From the human T2T-CHM13v2.0 reference genome, Homo sapiens, in NCBI RefSeq assembly GCF_009914755.1, contig NC_060944.1: a stretch of DNA of 64,000 nt; one strand, 5' to 3'. Position 1 is the stretch's first letter, and each line of letters starts with the position of its first letter. Positions 1 to 17,625 of the stretch are shown here, piece by piece. Made by a program: the position numbers and the translations under genes. A model generated the notes under the pieces. It searched no databases. It had not been told where the DNA came from and saw only the letters and a list, made by a program, of their open reading frames with translations.

Positions 1-362
1 AGGAATGTTCTTCCTTTCATCTTGACTTTGAGCTTCTCCATGTGACTTACTTTGGCCAATGGGATGTTAGTACACATGATGTGAGCAAAGGCTTAAAATG
101 TGCTTGCATGTTGGGCTTAGTCTCTTGCATGCCTATTTTTTGCCATGATGACCAGGTAGCCACAGGTACAAGGAGGCCCCAAATGCATGGAACAGACTTG
201 AGCCAAATACATGGCCTGGAGTGCAGCCTGTATAAGCCTAGACAAAGTCAGAGTCAATGCATAGCAAACCTCCAGTCACCTGGATGAGAAACTTACAAAT
301 ATGTATTGTTCAACACTGAGGTTGCTGCAGTGTTTGTTATGCAGCAGTAGCTGCCAGATGCA
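1..362 (+). mobile_element. MaLR LTR (MLT1-type) fragment
   Basis: CATGTGACTTACTTTGGCCAATGGGATG and 3' end GTTTGTTATGCAGCAGTAGCT typical of MLT1 LTRs. Confidence 0.7.
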
Positions 363-2411
363 TAGCTTTCAAGGTCTCTTGCCCTTTATTCTCTGAGTTC
401 TCCCCCCCAAATCCCACCTATAGTACAACTGCTTAAAAGCTGTTATTATACTATATTATGATTATCTGATTGATGTGCTTGTATCCCACATTAGATTATG
501 AACTTCCAAGTGGACGTAAATGTTCTGGGAGAACTTTGAGGAGCTAAAAAACACCTGCCTTGACACTTGTCTTACAGCTAAAAATTGTGATTATTGAGCA
601 AGTTACACCAAGATCTGTGAGCATATATTGCAGCAAGTGAAAAACATAATGCTTGTTTTCATGTTGTCTTTGGGTAATAAAGAGGGGCCAGTCCATTCAA
701 CCTATCTTAAATGAGGTAAAAGAATATGGGTGGGCACCATGGCCCACGAATTCTACCCTAGGAGAGGAGTAAAAGAGGCCCAGACACCTCCTTTCTTTGA
801 AGCAGTGAAGTGTTCTAAAAATTACAGGACATCTGAAGCTGTTTAGATATTTTAAAAAAGGAGAAGTCTCAACCAACAGAGACTGAAGGCGGTGTAGGTG
901 AGTGTTCAACGTTGCTTGGTACTGTCTGGGTAAAGAACAAATGGGTGGTGGAATGATCTTTGATCACATTCTGTCTCATAGTACTTAAAAACTTCCATTT
1001 TATTTTTGATTTTAAAAATACCAAATACTAAAATTGAGCCCATAAAAAGGACGGAGTCGCCCATGATTCTGGAAAGGCTCTAAATCGCCAAGGTGTGGTC
1101 CAAGGTCATTACTAGGCTTGGCACATGTGTTGATGAACAAATTGAGAGATACATTAATATTGAAGTTTGCAGAAAGGGGATTAGGTCCTTAAGAAACCAC
1201 TTGATCTGCAGAGATATTCAGAATGTGAATGTCTTCAGGGACCCTGGAAAAACACATGACCCCATTTTAAATCTGAAATTGTATGATCTCAAAGAAGTCC
1301 AGTTACATGTATGACATTGCTGTAAAAAGTGTTTTTCCAAATATACCTGCAATAAGTCTTAAAAATGTCTGTACCCTTTGACTTAACAATGCCATATCTA
1401 GGGAGTACAGCAGCCTGAAGGAATTAATCAGATATGTAGATAGAGATCTAAAGTAATGTTGATTACACGGTTATTTATAATAGCAGAAAACAGTGAACGT
1501 GTTAGTACAAACTATATTGAGAAACGTGAGTTTCTGTGGGCACTGCCAAATTTGCTGTGTCATCTGTCTTCAGAGACATAGACCAATTTAATTTAAAGAG
1601 GCCAGGACTGGGAGAAGGGATAGGCAGAGGGAAAGGAAGATGTGGTGAGAGACAGAGGAAGGAAGGGACAAGGAGGGAGGCAGGAATGGAGTCAGGGAGA
1701 GATGGAGAAAGAAACAAAAACAGAGACAGGGACAGAGACTGTTGAGTGGTATGTGATGAATCAATGTCTGTGCAATAAAGATTCAAAAGGGAGAAAGAGT
1801 CAGAGACAAGAGTGGATTCAAAGGCAGGTCCCCCACTCCCTGTTTTCGTTAGAACTCACCGGCCCTGGAGCACCCACTGTTAGGACCCAGGCCACACGGA
1901 GGGGACAGCTAGCAGCAGGGCTGTGGAGTGGGAGGGCAGGCAGGAGCAGGGCTATCAGCACAGGCTGCTGAGTCACCAGTGGTCGGGGAGAAGGGAGGAA
2001 GTCCCAGGCTATGCTGGCTCTGTTATGGGCTGGGGGAGCAGGGAAGGGGCTCAGGTCATAGGTAGGGGGAAGGATGCTGGATGCTGTGTTCTAAGCCCCG
2101 AATTATGGCATTATGGGTGTGGAATTCACTTTCTAATTGCATTACCCACCTTCCATTAACTCCTGTGTTTGCTGTGGGATCCTGTTAATGGATAATCATT
2201 AGGAAATCCTGTTTTAGGGTTATAGATGCCTTTGGATAGTTTCTTAGGATGATTTGAGAACTTACCCCTCAGTAATTATTTCAAGTTGATTATTTGCATG
2301 CATAATCCAGATCTCAGGGGACATATTTTATTCTTTTCAACCTCTTGGTGGATTGGTGTGTGAGGGGGGTGGGAGTGGGTGGGTGTGGCATGCTCATGGT
2401 GGATAATGTCC

Positions 2412-2495
2412 TTCGGTGGCTCAGAGTTTCTGCTGCCACGGACTGAGTTCAGTTCGGTGGCTCAGAGTTTCTGCTGCCACGGACTGAGTTCAGTT
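2412..2495. repeat. Perfect 41-bp tandem duplication
   Basis: TTCGGTGGCTCAGAGTTTCTGCTGCCACGGACTGAGTTCAG at 2412-2452 and 2453-2493. Confidence 0.95.
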
Positions 2496-2899
2496 GGAGG
2501 ATTGCTTTGCTTTTCCATCCCGCTCTTCTGTTCTGCACTGCAGCATCCCAAGCAGCCTTTTCATTGGATACCCTTGCCCCAAACCTCACACCCACACAGT
2601 CTGTGTGAGCAGCAGCCTTGCTGAAGGCTCGGTGCAACAGACAGCTTTCACACCCTGCCCAGCCCTTCTCCACCACACACTCCCAGCTCCCTCCTCTCCT
2701 TACCACTCCAGGTTCCCTTCAGAGGCCCAGTTCTCTGCCTTGAATTTAAAGAAGCAGTTGAAGTCTCCATCCTTTCCTCACCTCGGAGTCTACCTTGTTA
2801 CACTCACAGCATCCTTAACGTGACTGATAAACAAAGGGCTACCTGGTTTTTCAATTTTTTAGTAGCAATGAACCAGCAAGGACTCTGAAATAGGAGGCT

Positions 2900-3330
2900 G
2901 TCTTAGGTTGAGTTTTTGGAAGCAGACTCTGAGAAGAGGATTCCTATAAAAATTATTTATTTAAGAAGTGTTCCTAGAAAAAACCAGTTGGGAGTGGGCG
3001 GGAAAGTGGGACCAGGAGAGAAAGAAGGCCAGGCAAAGGAACGGCAGCAGGCAGAGTCCGGGGAGGGCTGCTTTGGCTCAGTCTCTCCTGGGAACTCAGC
3101 AGACACCTTCCAGTTACCCCCACCAGGGAGCAAGAGCTGGAGGATTGTATTCGTATGTTTGTCAGTCACTTGTTAAGGGCTGTCCCAGGGGTATGTTAAT
3201 TTCCAGGCTCTTCACCAAGAGATGCAGGTGCAGGCTGTTGGGTGTGAAGGCGCATGGGAAGCTGGTGGACACAGTAAATGGTCCAGGGATCTAAAGGGGC
3301 TATGGGCGAGGCACCAACAGTGTCTGCCGT
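2900..3330 (-). mobile_element. Old ERVL-class LTR (LTR33/LTR16-like)
   Basis: TGTCTTAGGTTGAG...GAAGCAGACTCTGAGA...TTTATTT resembles the reverse complement of ancient ERVL LTR ends. Confidence 0.55.
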
Positions 3331-3442
3331 AAGTCTTTCCTTCTTCCCTCCCTTACTCAACTTCATGAGTGGAAAGACAGTTGTGTGAACAATTTCCTCA
3401 CTGATGTGGGTTCTGCCACTCTGTAGAAAACAAAAGCAGCTT

Positions 3443-3745
3443 GGTCAGGTGAGGTGGCGCACATCTGTAATCCCAGCACTCTGTGGGGCTGAGGTGGGAG
3501 GATTGCTTGATGCGAGGAGTTCAAGACAAGCCTGAGCAACATAGGGAGAGCCCATCTCTACAAAAAGTAGAAAAAAAAAATAAATTATCCTGGTGTTGTG
3601 GTGAGCACCTGTGGTCCTAGCTACTTGGGAGGCTGTGGCAGGAGGATTGCTTGAGTCCAGGAGGTGGAGGCTGCATTGAGCTACGATAGTGCTACTGCAC
3701 TCCAGCCTGGAAAAGAGAGAGACCTGTCTCTAAAAAAAAAAAAAA
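3443..3745 (+). mobile_element. Alu (AluJ-like)
   Basis: Dimeric Alu, GGAGGATTGCTTGA J-type positions, poly(A), TSD AAAAGCA(G/A)C. Confidence 0.92.
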
Positions 3746-5041
3746 GCAACAGCTATACTGGAGCTGGCTTGCTTACTCAGGAGGACAAGAGCTACTCCAG
3801 GCCCTTCTCCCATTTTCTGACTCCTGTCTGGCATGACTTATCTCTCAGGATGACTGCAGCTTGGGCATCAGAAGAAAGGGGTGAGCATTCACATCAAATC
3901 AGGGGTCCGTTCCTCAGAAATTCCACGTGGAGTTGCTCAGCTCCCCTTCTAGATGGGGGCTTCTCTGGTTATCTCTGAGAAAATGCCCCAACCCCACGTC
4001 ACAGAGCCCTGGGTGCACAGGAGCTACCACACTGTCCTCATTCAGAACCTGCCCTATCTGCCCTGAGTTTGCTAGATGCAAGGGAGCAGGCAACTTATCC
4101 TGTTTGAGACACAGCTCTCCTGTTTGGGGCTCTCTGCCCCACACTGGAAGCAAGGTAGCGGGTGTAGTCATTAACCAAGTCCTGCCCTTTTGGGGATCCC
4201 TCTGACTGGGGATGGGAAATCTGCTGTTTTCCTCCTTCAGGAACTCAACCTCAGGTCCTGGAGTCATGTCCACCTTGACTCCGGGAGTCCGAGCTGGGGC
4301 TGCTATTGTGAACTCTGCTATGCTGGGCTATTTCTCAATAGCACTCAAGATTGCCTCCCTCTCCTTCTTCCCCAGCCTTAACTCCAGTAATGAGGGAATG
4401 ATGTGGGAGAGGTTTATCCAGATCTTGGCAATCAATGCTTTTCCAATAGACTTTTGCTTGCTCTGAGCTGGATTCTCTTTCCCCAGTTCAACAGCACCTT
4501 CCTTAGCTGCTTTTTGTGAAAGTGTCACTGGTCAGAACACACATGCAGACAATTCCTCTTGACTTGCCACATAACTGAATATTGACTGTGTCAGGCAGTC
4601 GGCCAGTGGTATGGAGGCCCCTGAAAACCAGAGGCTGCTGCAGACATCGAGTGAGGCCCACAGACTGCCTGCAGTTTCTTATGCTTCTCCCCTCAGGTAG
4701 TTGCCCACCTTCTAACATCTCTGCCTCATGGGTAGCGACATTAAAAACATATGCCTTTATATCTTCTTTCTCTCAAAGCCTCAAAATGACAGTGGAGAAA
4801 TGATAACAAATAAAACCATAAATGTATAAGGACAAAGAGTTTTAGAGAGGATATAGAAATAGATCATGAATGTCAAGAAAATTTTGGAAGGTGATCAATT
4901 AAGTCAGTGGTAATTTACTTAGAAGAGCAGAGAAAGTTAAAATTTAAACCTAAAAAGGGGGGTGGTACCCAGTGAAAAGAAGCTAGAAGATTTTTTACTG
5001 AAGTATCCCTATTGAAATATCCCTGAAGATGGGGATGAGTG

Positions 5042-5933
5042 TGATGGACCAGTTAAAAAGGAATTATTTAGGCAGATAGTAAGGGTAAGGAAGTCCTCGG
5101 TAAGCTTTTCCTTTTAATGAAAAGCAGCCTCCAAATCATTTTCTTTTCTAACAAAGAGCAGCCAGTAAAATCAAGCTGCAGACATAGAAAGGCAGGCTAG
5201 AAGCTTGCATGGGTGAATGCTGGCCATTGTGGCAATAGGAAAGGGGCTACCTGGGGACCAGGTATGTTCAAAATGATGACTCCATCTTCCCTTTTGCTTG
5301 CCAACCACGTGTGCAGTCGGGAGCAGACAACATGGCCCCGGGCAGACAAAGACTCCATTTGCATAAAGAAGATTAGGGTGGGGTGGCCGGCTTCCCCACA
5401 TGCGATATAAACATCACACTTGGTCCAACCAACCTTAGGGCCCTTTCTAAATCAGACACCGCTTCCTCAAGCCTGCCTATGAAACCCTGTGCACTCCGCC
5501 GCAGGCCAGAAGTTCCGCTTGGGCGCCTCTCTCTCTTGCAGAAGAGAGAGCTATTTTCCTGTCTCTTTCTTTTGCCTATTAAACCTTCACTTTTTTTTTT
5601 CTTTTTTGAGACGGAGTCTTGCTCTGTCGCCCAGGCTGGAGTGCAGTGACGCCATCTCTGCTCACTGCAAGCTCCGCCTCCCGCCCGGCTAATTTTTTTG
5701 TATTTTTAGTAGAGACGGGTTTTCACCGTGTTAGCCAGCATGGTCTCGATCTCCTGACCTCGTGATCTCCCCGCCTCAGCCTCTCAAAGTGCTGGGATTA
5801 CAGGCGTGAGCCACTGCGCCCGGCCGCTAAACCTTCACTCTTAAACTCACTCCTTGTGTGTGTCCGTGTCCTTTATTTCCTTGGCATGGGGCAATGAACC
5901 TCGGGTATTACCCCAGACAATGACAAAGCTTCA
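5042..5933 (+). mobile_element. ERV1 solo LTR (MER61-like), split by an Alu
   Basis: TG...CA ends; AATTATTTAGGCAGATAGTAAGGGTAAGGAAGTCCTCGGTAAG start; ATTAAA poly(A) signal near 5578. Confidence 0.7.
5591..5826 (-). mobile_element. AluY with internal deletion
   Basis: GCAAGCTCCGCC and GTGTTAGCCAG diagnostics; TSD TAAACCTTCACT (5580-5591, 5828-5839). Confidence 0.93.
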
Positions 5934-6558
5934 AGGGGTGGGGCTGAAAAATAGAAGAGACATCTTGGCTATCTGTTTGAGGAAGCAGTGAGGCTCCCAG
6001 ATGTCTACCCCATTTCTACACAAGCCAGGCAACTATCCCCCCTATAGCTGGAGGGGATGGGACGTTCAAATGAGGAGATGCTGGCGTTTGGGGATGTCAG
6101 GTGCAGTTGAGAACAGGGAACTATACTGAAAATGGGCACTAAATGGACACCTACCTGTGGATGGCAAAACCTCCAACTCGCCTTCCCTGCTCAGCAGCCA
6201 GCATGATGGCAGAGCTTATAGCCTCCAGGAAGAAGAATGGAAGATTCCTCTGGGGATACTGACTAGGCCAAGAGAAAAGACCTACTAACATAGGTTTCTC
6301 CAGTGAAACAGCTGGGTCCCCACCTGATCAGCCTACTGTGAAGTCCACTGGCAGATGAGCCTCACCCATACACACAGAACTCGAAATTAGCATTTTGGTC
6401 CCTTTACTATTATGTCTGAGTAGGTAGATTAGCATCACTTGACATCAGAGGGGAGCTTTAACATGAAAGACAGAGGCATAAATGAACCAACCACCCAACC
6501 AGCCACAGTAGAGGAAAACAGACTGCAGAAAGCAAAATGAAATTTCAAGAAAATCCTA

Positions 6559-6914
<356 letters not shown>

Positions 6915-6954
6915 GGAATATCCAAAGAATAAAAGCTCTTGAAAATTCAAAATA

Positions 6955-7088
6955 CCATCTATTGGGTAATATGCTCACAACATGGGTGACAGGATCATCT
7001 GTAACCCAAACCCCAGCATCATACAATATACCCATGTAATAAACCTGCATATGAACCCCATGAATCCAAAATAAATGTTGAAAAAAAG
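6955..7088 (+). mobile_element. L1 3'-end fragment (L1PA16/L1PB-like)
   Basis: CAATATACCCATGTAATAAACCTGCA...AAAATAAA; TSD GAAAATTCAAAATA (6941-6954, 7089-7102). Confidence 0.85.
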
Positions 7089-7792
7089 GAAAATTCAAAA
7101 TATGATAGCAGAAATCTTAAAAAATCAACGGATGAATTAAAATATAATTTGAGGAATTCTCTGAGATAGTAGAAGAAAAATATAAAGAAACAGAAAATGA
7201 AAAGAAAGAAAAGGTAAGAAAATTCAAGGCTTAGACCAGAAGATCTAATAACTAAGTTTCACAAAGAAGAGAGAAAACGAGGGAAAGAAATGATCACATT
7301 TGTAGACAAGATAGAATTTTTAAAGAGGGAATAACCTAGTGCCTGTTGTTGGGAAAATACATAACTAAATTGTGGTATCTTCACACAGCAGACTGCTACG
7401 CTGCAATAAAAAGGTAGTGAACCAGGTGTATAGGTAATTCTTAGGAACAATGCTGAATGAAAGGCAAACCATGGAAGAGTGCTCTCTCTGTGCAATGCCA
7501 TTTCTATGACGTTCAAAATCAAGCAAAAGTAAGTGAGGTATAGATTAGCAATGCATACATATTTAGTGAAGCAATAAAAGGAAGCAAGATAATTGGGGAA
7601 AAAGTCATGAGGGTGATTATGTAGCTGGTAGGGGGCGAGGCATGGCAGGCAAGGGAGAAGATGGAATGAGATTAGGAAAAGTCAGTACACAATGGTTCAA
7701 GGCATTGGTCATGTTCCATCTCCTAAGTTGGGTGCTAGGTTCTTGGGAATTTGTTTTACTATGTTTCATAACTTAAATTACCTGTATGTTAA

Positions 7793-7862
7793 GTCTCTCT
7801 CTCTCTCTCTCGCTCTCGCTCTTTCTCTCTCTCTCTCTCTTTCACACACACACACACACACA
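7793..7862. repeat. (CT)n(CA)n microsatellite
   Basis: Direct reading. Confidence 0.95.
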
Positions 7863-9294
7863 TCCCAAATAATATAATAAAGTCTCCCTGAATTAAGGAT
7901 GTGAGTTTTCAGATTAAAAGGGCCTAACAGTCCAGTGCAATGAGGGAGAAAATACTACTCCAAAGCATATGTGAAATTTCAGAGCATCAGAGATAAAGAC
8001 TATCATAACAGCAGGAAAAATAGCTCACATACAAAAACTAAGAATCAGAATTGCGTTGGTGTTCTCATTAGCAAGACTGGAAATGGAAGACAATAGCCCT
8101 TCTAAGATTCTGAAGGAACAAGGTTACTACCTAGAATTCTAGACTCGACAAAGTAATATATGAGAGAGCAGAAGTAAGACACACTCAGACAAGTTAGACC
8201 TCAAAAATTTTATCTTCCACCTACCCTTTCTCAAAATGAGAAAATGTACTCCACCAAAAAGAGCCAGTAAATAGAGGAAATCATGGAAACCATGGAAACA
8301 CAGATTCCAATACAGGAAAGAAACAAAAAGAATATAAAGAATGTTAGTCCAAGGAAGTCCCCCCAAAACTGCTGGAAGTAGGCATAGAGCACAAGAGATC
8401 CAGGTTGGAGAAAAACAACAAGAGATCTCCAGGAGAGATTTCTCCATGAAAAACATGCACGTGGTCAGTTTCCTAATATTTCAGTGTACTGAGACAAGAT
8501 TTACAGTTTTGTGTGGCAGTTTTAAGAAACTAAGCCCCAAACAAACAAACAAAGCAAGAGAGAAAAGAAAAGAAAAAGGAGGCTATTTATTAAGTCCGAA
8601 AGTTGTGCAGGAAAGGATATATAAATATATCATGTGGCTCGATAGCATGTAATAGTTATGTAATTCTGATAATGTGAAATATTGACTGAAACAGAAACTA
8701 TAATATATATGGGAAAATAAAGGCAAGTGGAAGTATGTTTACAGGAATTTCTAAAGTGAAAAGAATCAACCAAAATAGAAGTACAGGCTATATAACTCTG
8801 AACCAAAACTAGATGAGCACAATAGAAGACAGGTAATTACAGCCACTTTCACTCATCAGCACAGACACAACAGTTCTAAAGAAAATGTTAGCAAGCTGAA
8901 TATGGCAGAATCAAGCTGGTCTTACTTTAGTAATGCAAAATCAATCCAACTTAAAAATAATGTATTAATATAAATCATCACAATATAGACTAAAGGAGAA
9001 AATCTACATGATTATCTTGATAGGCACGGAACAAATATTTGATGAAACTTAGCAGTTAAGTTAAAAACAATCTTAGCCAACTAGAAGTAGGAAATTTCTT
9101 TAACTTGATGAAAACCCTCTAATAATTTACATCAGATAGAATGCATAATAATAAAGTTTTAAAAGGATTCACTTTGAAATCGGGAAGATGACAAAGGTGT
9201 CCTCTAATACCTTTCTATCCAACATTGTATTTGGAGAGCCTAGCCAGTGAAGACAAGAAAAAGAAATAAAACTGCGTCACCCTTAAAAGAACCT

Positions 9295-9463
9295 TTCTGA
9301 GAACATTGGGCCCACCTGGATAATCCAGAAACCTCTCTGCACCTTAAGATCCTTAATATAGTCACATATACAAAGTCCATTTTGTCATGTAAAGTACCAT
9401 AGTCACAGATTTGGGGGATTGGGACATGAACATTTTTGGGGGGCTGTTATTTTGCCTATTGCA
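9295..9463 (-). mobile_element. MLT1 LTR fragment
   Basis: ATTGGGCCCACCTGGATAATCCAG...GGGATTGGGACATGAACATTTTTGGGG. Confidence 0.75.
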
Positions 9464-9835
9464 TATGACTCACATCACTTCCATGTAATTATTCACAGGT
9501 TATATGATTGTTTACATAGAGAAAGCCAAGATAATTGACAAAAAGGCTTTTAGAATCAATAGGAGAGTTTAGCAAATTGATTCAATTGTTTTCAAGCAGT
9601 TCAGACACAGAAAATACAATTTTAAAAAAGATGTCATTTATAACGTCAAGAAAGAAAGGATAAAGTACCTTGCAATAAAGCTAACAAAAGAGGTTTAAAA
9701 CCTTTATGAAAAAATTCTAGAAAGTGATGAAAAAATCTTAAGTATAACCTATTAAATAAACAGAAAAACATATTATGAACGTGGACATAAAAATGTAATA
9801 TCATAAAGATGTCAATTCTCCACAGGAATATATAG

Positions 9836-10160
<325 letters not shown>

Positions 10161-10331
10161 ACTTTACTGCAGTTCTAATCAACATTCTAACATTTCTTTG
10201 GAACTTAAGCTGATTCTAAAATGTAAATAGAAATGTATAAGAACAGATAAGACACAGTGAGAAGTAGAAAATGGGTGGACTCACCCTAGGATACAACAAG
10301 ACATATCAAGTATGGTAATTAAGGCAGTATG

Positions 10332-10790
<459 letters not shown>

Positions 10791-10930
10791 TCAAAAAGTG
10801 ATGAGTAATTAGTTACTCATATAGAAAAAATAAAACAAAATTGGAATTCTCAGACCAAATAAAATTCCAAGTGGAATTCAGGAACCTAGTTAGAAAACTT
10901 TTAGAATGTGGGAATATATCTACGCTCTTA

Positions 10931-11326
<396 letters not shown>

Positions 11327-11758
11327 TCAAACAGGTAAATCTTAGAATAAGAAACCAAAATGGACAATAAATATATGAAAAGATAATCTCATGAAGAATC
11401 AGAGAAGCGCACACTAAGCCACAATAAAATACCATTTTAAATCCATCCAATTGGGAAAATGGAAAAGTCTGACAATTTCAGATGTTGGTAGCCAGATGGA
11501 GCAATGGGAACTCTCATACACTGCAGAAGTAAGTGTAAATTGGCAAGAGCACTTTGGAGACTCAGCAAGCAATATCTAAAGCTCAAGGTGCTTATGTCCT
11601 GCAACTCAGCACTACCATTCCTAACATGTACAAGAGGAGACATTTGCAAGAAAGTTCATTGTAACATTGTTTGTAACAATAAAAAAAGAGAAAAATCACC
11701 CAAATGTCCACCAACAGGCAAATGGGTACATACATTGTGGTATATTCATATAATGAGA

Positions 11759-11821
11759 CAAAAAGAAATTAATGAACCAACAAAAGAAATTAATGTACAA
11801 CAAAAGAAATTAATGAACCAC
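11759..11821. repeat. ~20-bp unit x3 tandem repeat
   Basis: CAAAAGAAATTAATG(A/T)AC repeated three times. Confidence 0.9.
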
Positions 11822-11930
11822 AGCTAGATGTGTCATTATGAATTACTGTCAAAAACATAATGTTAAGTTAAAAAAACAAGTTTCAGAAAGTATTTACCAT
11901 TTTTATAAAACTTAAAAACATGAAAAGTAA

Positions 11931-12376
<446 letters not shown>

Positions 12377-12734
12377 TGAACTCAAGGAGGGTAACACAGA
12401 GCTAAAACTGTAGATTTAATGCTTTATTTCTTAAGTTGGGTGATGGGTATCATTATTATTTGGACTATTTGTATAATTATTTGTATTATGTGGAATGACA
12501 TATGTCACTGAAGTAGCATCATATGCTTATTCAGAAACATAGAAGGAAAGGAAGCAGGAATTGGGAGTTGGGAAGTGAAAGAAAATATAGGGGATTCCTG
12601 TTTTTTTAAATCTTGCCCTCCTGGTTGACCTTTTAAACTATATATTGTTACTACTTCAAAATAGTCAATATCGTCAAAATAATGAAAATTTGAGCCAGAG
12701 AGTAATATATGATATGCTTCTGGAAGATCTCCAT

Positions 12735-15568
<2,834 letters not shown>

Positions 15569-15592
15569 TGGAAAATCTCCATTTTTATGACT

Positions 15593-16077
<485 letters not shown>

Positions 16078-16760
16078 AAGATCTCCATTTTTAGATGCTT
16101 TATCTCAGTGTATTCAAAATATGGTCCTTGGACAAGTGTGGGTTGGTGATCTGGTCTGCCATCAACTAAATAGAGAACTGAGCCTAAGTGTTTGGGAACT
16201 TTTACTGCAATTTTAGAGTGATTTTATTTATGCTGAATCAATAATTTAAAAAGTGAGACTTGTATTTTGTATTCTATAATTTACTGTATTATCATTTTTT
16301 TCTAGAAACAAACTCTTATTTCTCAAAAGTATTGGTTGAAACAAATTAAAATGAACAAAAAACCAACTGGTTTTGCACAAGTAGTTTGAGATATATTGCT
16401 CTATCTTACTCAAAATTGATGTGTATGTGATTTCTTTTTCTATAATGTGAAGTTTTTTTTTTTTGTTTTCTTCTTTGGGGATCTTGTGATCTACTCCTAA
16501 AATATTAATGTCATGTGGGATTCCAGAATTGTTTTGTTTTGTTCCAGATATTTGCCTTGCATATATAAAGAAGATGTGGCCATTCTTTGCATGCTGTTTC
16601 CCCAGAGACACATGTAAATGGAGTTGTAATTTCCTGTTGGTAAACAGCAAGTATTTAAATTTAGAATCAGGTGGTAAGGTTGATATGTAGACGGGTAATA
16701 AATTGAATTGCCTTCAAAGCGATACCTTTTCCAGTTAACTGTTAACTCACCAGTTTACTG

Positions 16761-16876
16761 CTTTTCTTTTCTTTCTTTTTTATGCTTCATGAATTTGTGT
16801 GTCATCTTTGTACAGGAGCCATGTGCTAATCTCTGCACTGTTCCAATTTTAGTGTTTGTGCTGCTAAAGCAAGCAC
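16761..16876 (-). pseudogene. U6 snRNA retropseudogene with A-rich tail
   Basis: Reverse complement reads GTGCTTGCTTTAGCAGCACAAACACTAAAATTGGAAC...GATGACACACAAATTCATGAAGC, matching U6 to about nt 95; TSD GCTTTTCTT (16760-16768, 16878-16886). Confidence 0.93.
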
Positions 16877-17625
16877 GGCTTTTCTTAATCGTATCAAATA
16901 TTACATGGTATGTGAAAACAGTATATATCTGGCTTGAGGTATTTCACTGATGACAAATGGACCTCATGTTATAGAGGAATGAAAGATATAAATTAATAAA
17001 ACATGATCATGATAAGAATAAAACCAAACTAAATCTCCTCTCCAGTGCTTGGCAGCACACTCCCGGAGAGGGTTCAGGCTGTGCGTGGCCCCCCAGCGGT
17101 GCTCAGAGATGGCTTAATGGCCTCGGTGACAACAGGAGCCCAGACTGCATAAGATTCTGCCTCTGCAGATGCAGAACAGTAGGGGCCTCTGATGTGCTCA
17201 AACATCTGTTTTGGATCTCCATTTCTCCTCAAGAAGAGACTACTTTTTAAAAATTATTTTTTTGAAGCTGGATTACTTACTGATTTCCAGAGTCCTCTTA
17301 CACCTGCCACTTCTCAAGGGAATCCTTTGGGCATAATCTTTTAATCTTTCTGGAAAGCTAACAAAACATTACCTGTGCCAGGCCTTCCACCAGGAACACC
17401 CCATTCTTTCCATCATAGTGCTTTTTAAAGGACTTTATCATTTGTTCTCTGGGTTCATTTAACTCTTAACTTACACCAATTTAGCATCTTTGCTGTATTT
17501 CCTTGCTATTTCTTATTTCATTCTTTACATGTTATGTTACATTTCTGTTTGAGTCTTTACAGTATCTTCTTTCTTACCAACTTGTCTTTCTAGAATATTC
17601 TCACAATTAATGTTTTGGTTTGTTT

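Noticed and set aside
3914-4528. Protein-like minus-strand ORFs (IIPSLLELRLGKKEREAIL...) suggesting a processed pseudogene
   Set aside because: No family recognised, interrupted by a stop, no poly(A) or TSD seen; a tblastn/blastx search would settle it
5250-5285. p53 response element expected in MER61-type LTRs
   Set aside because: Only a degenerate AGGTATGTTC half-site lacking the core C; no RRRCWWGYYY pair
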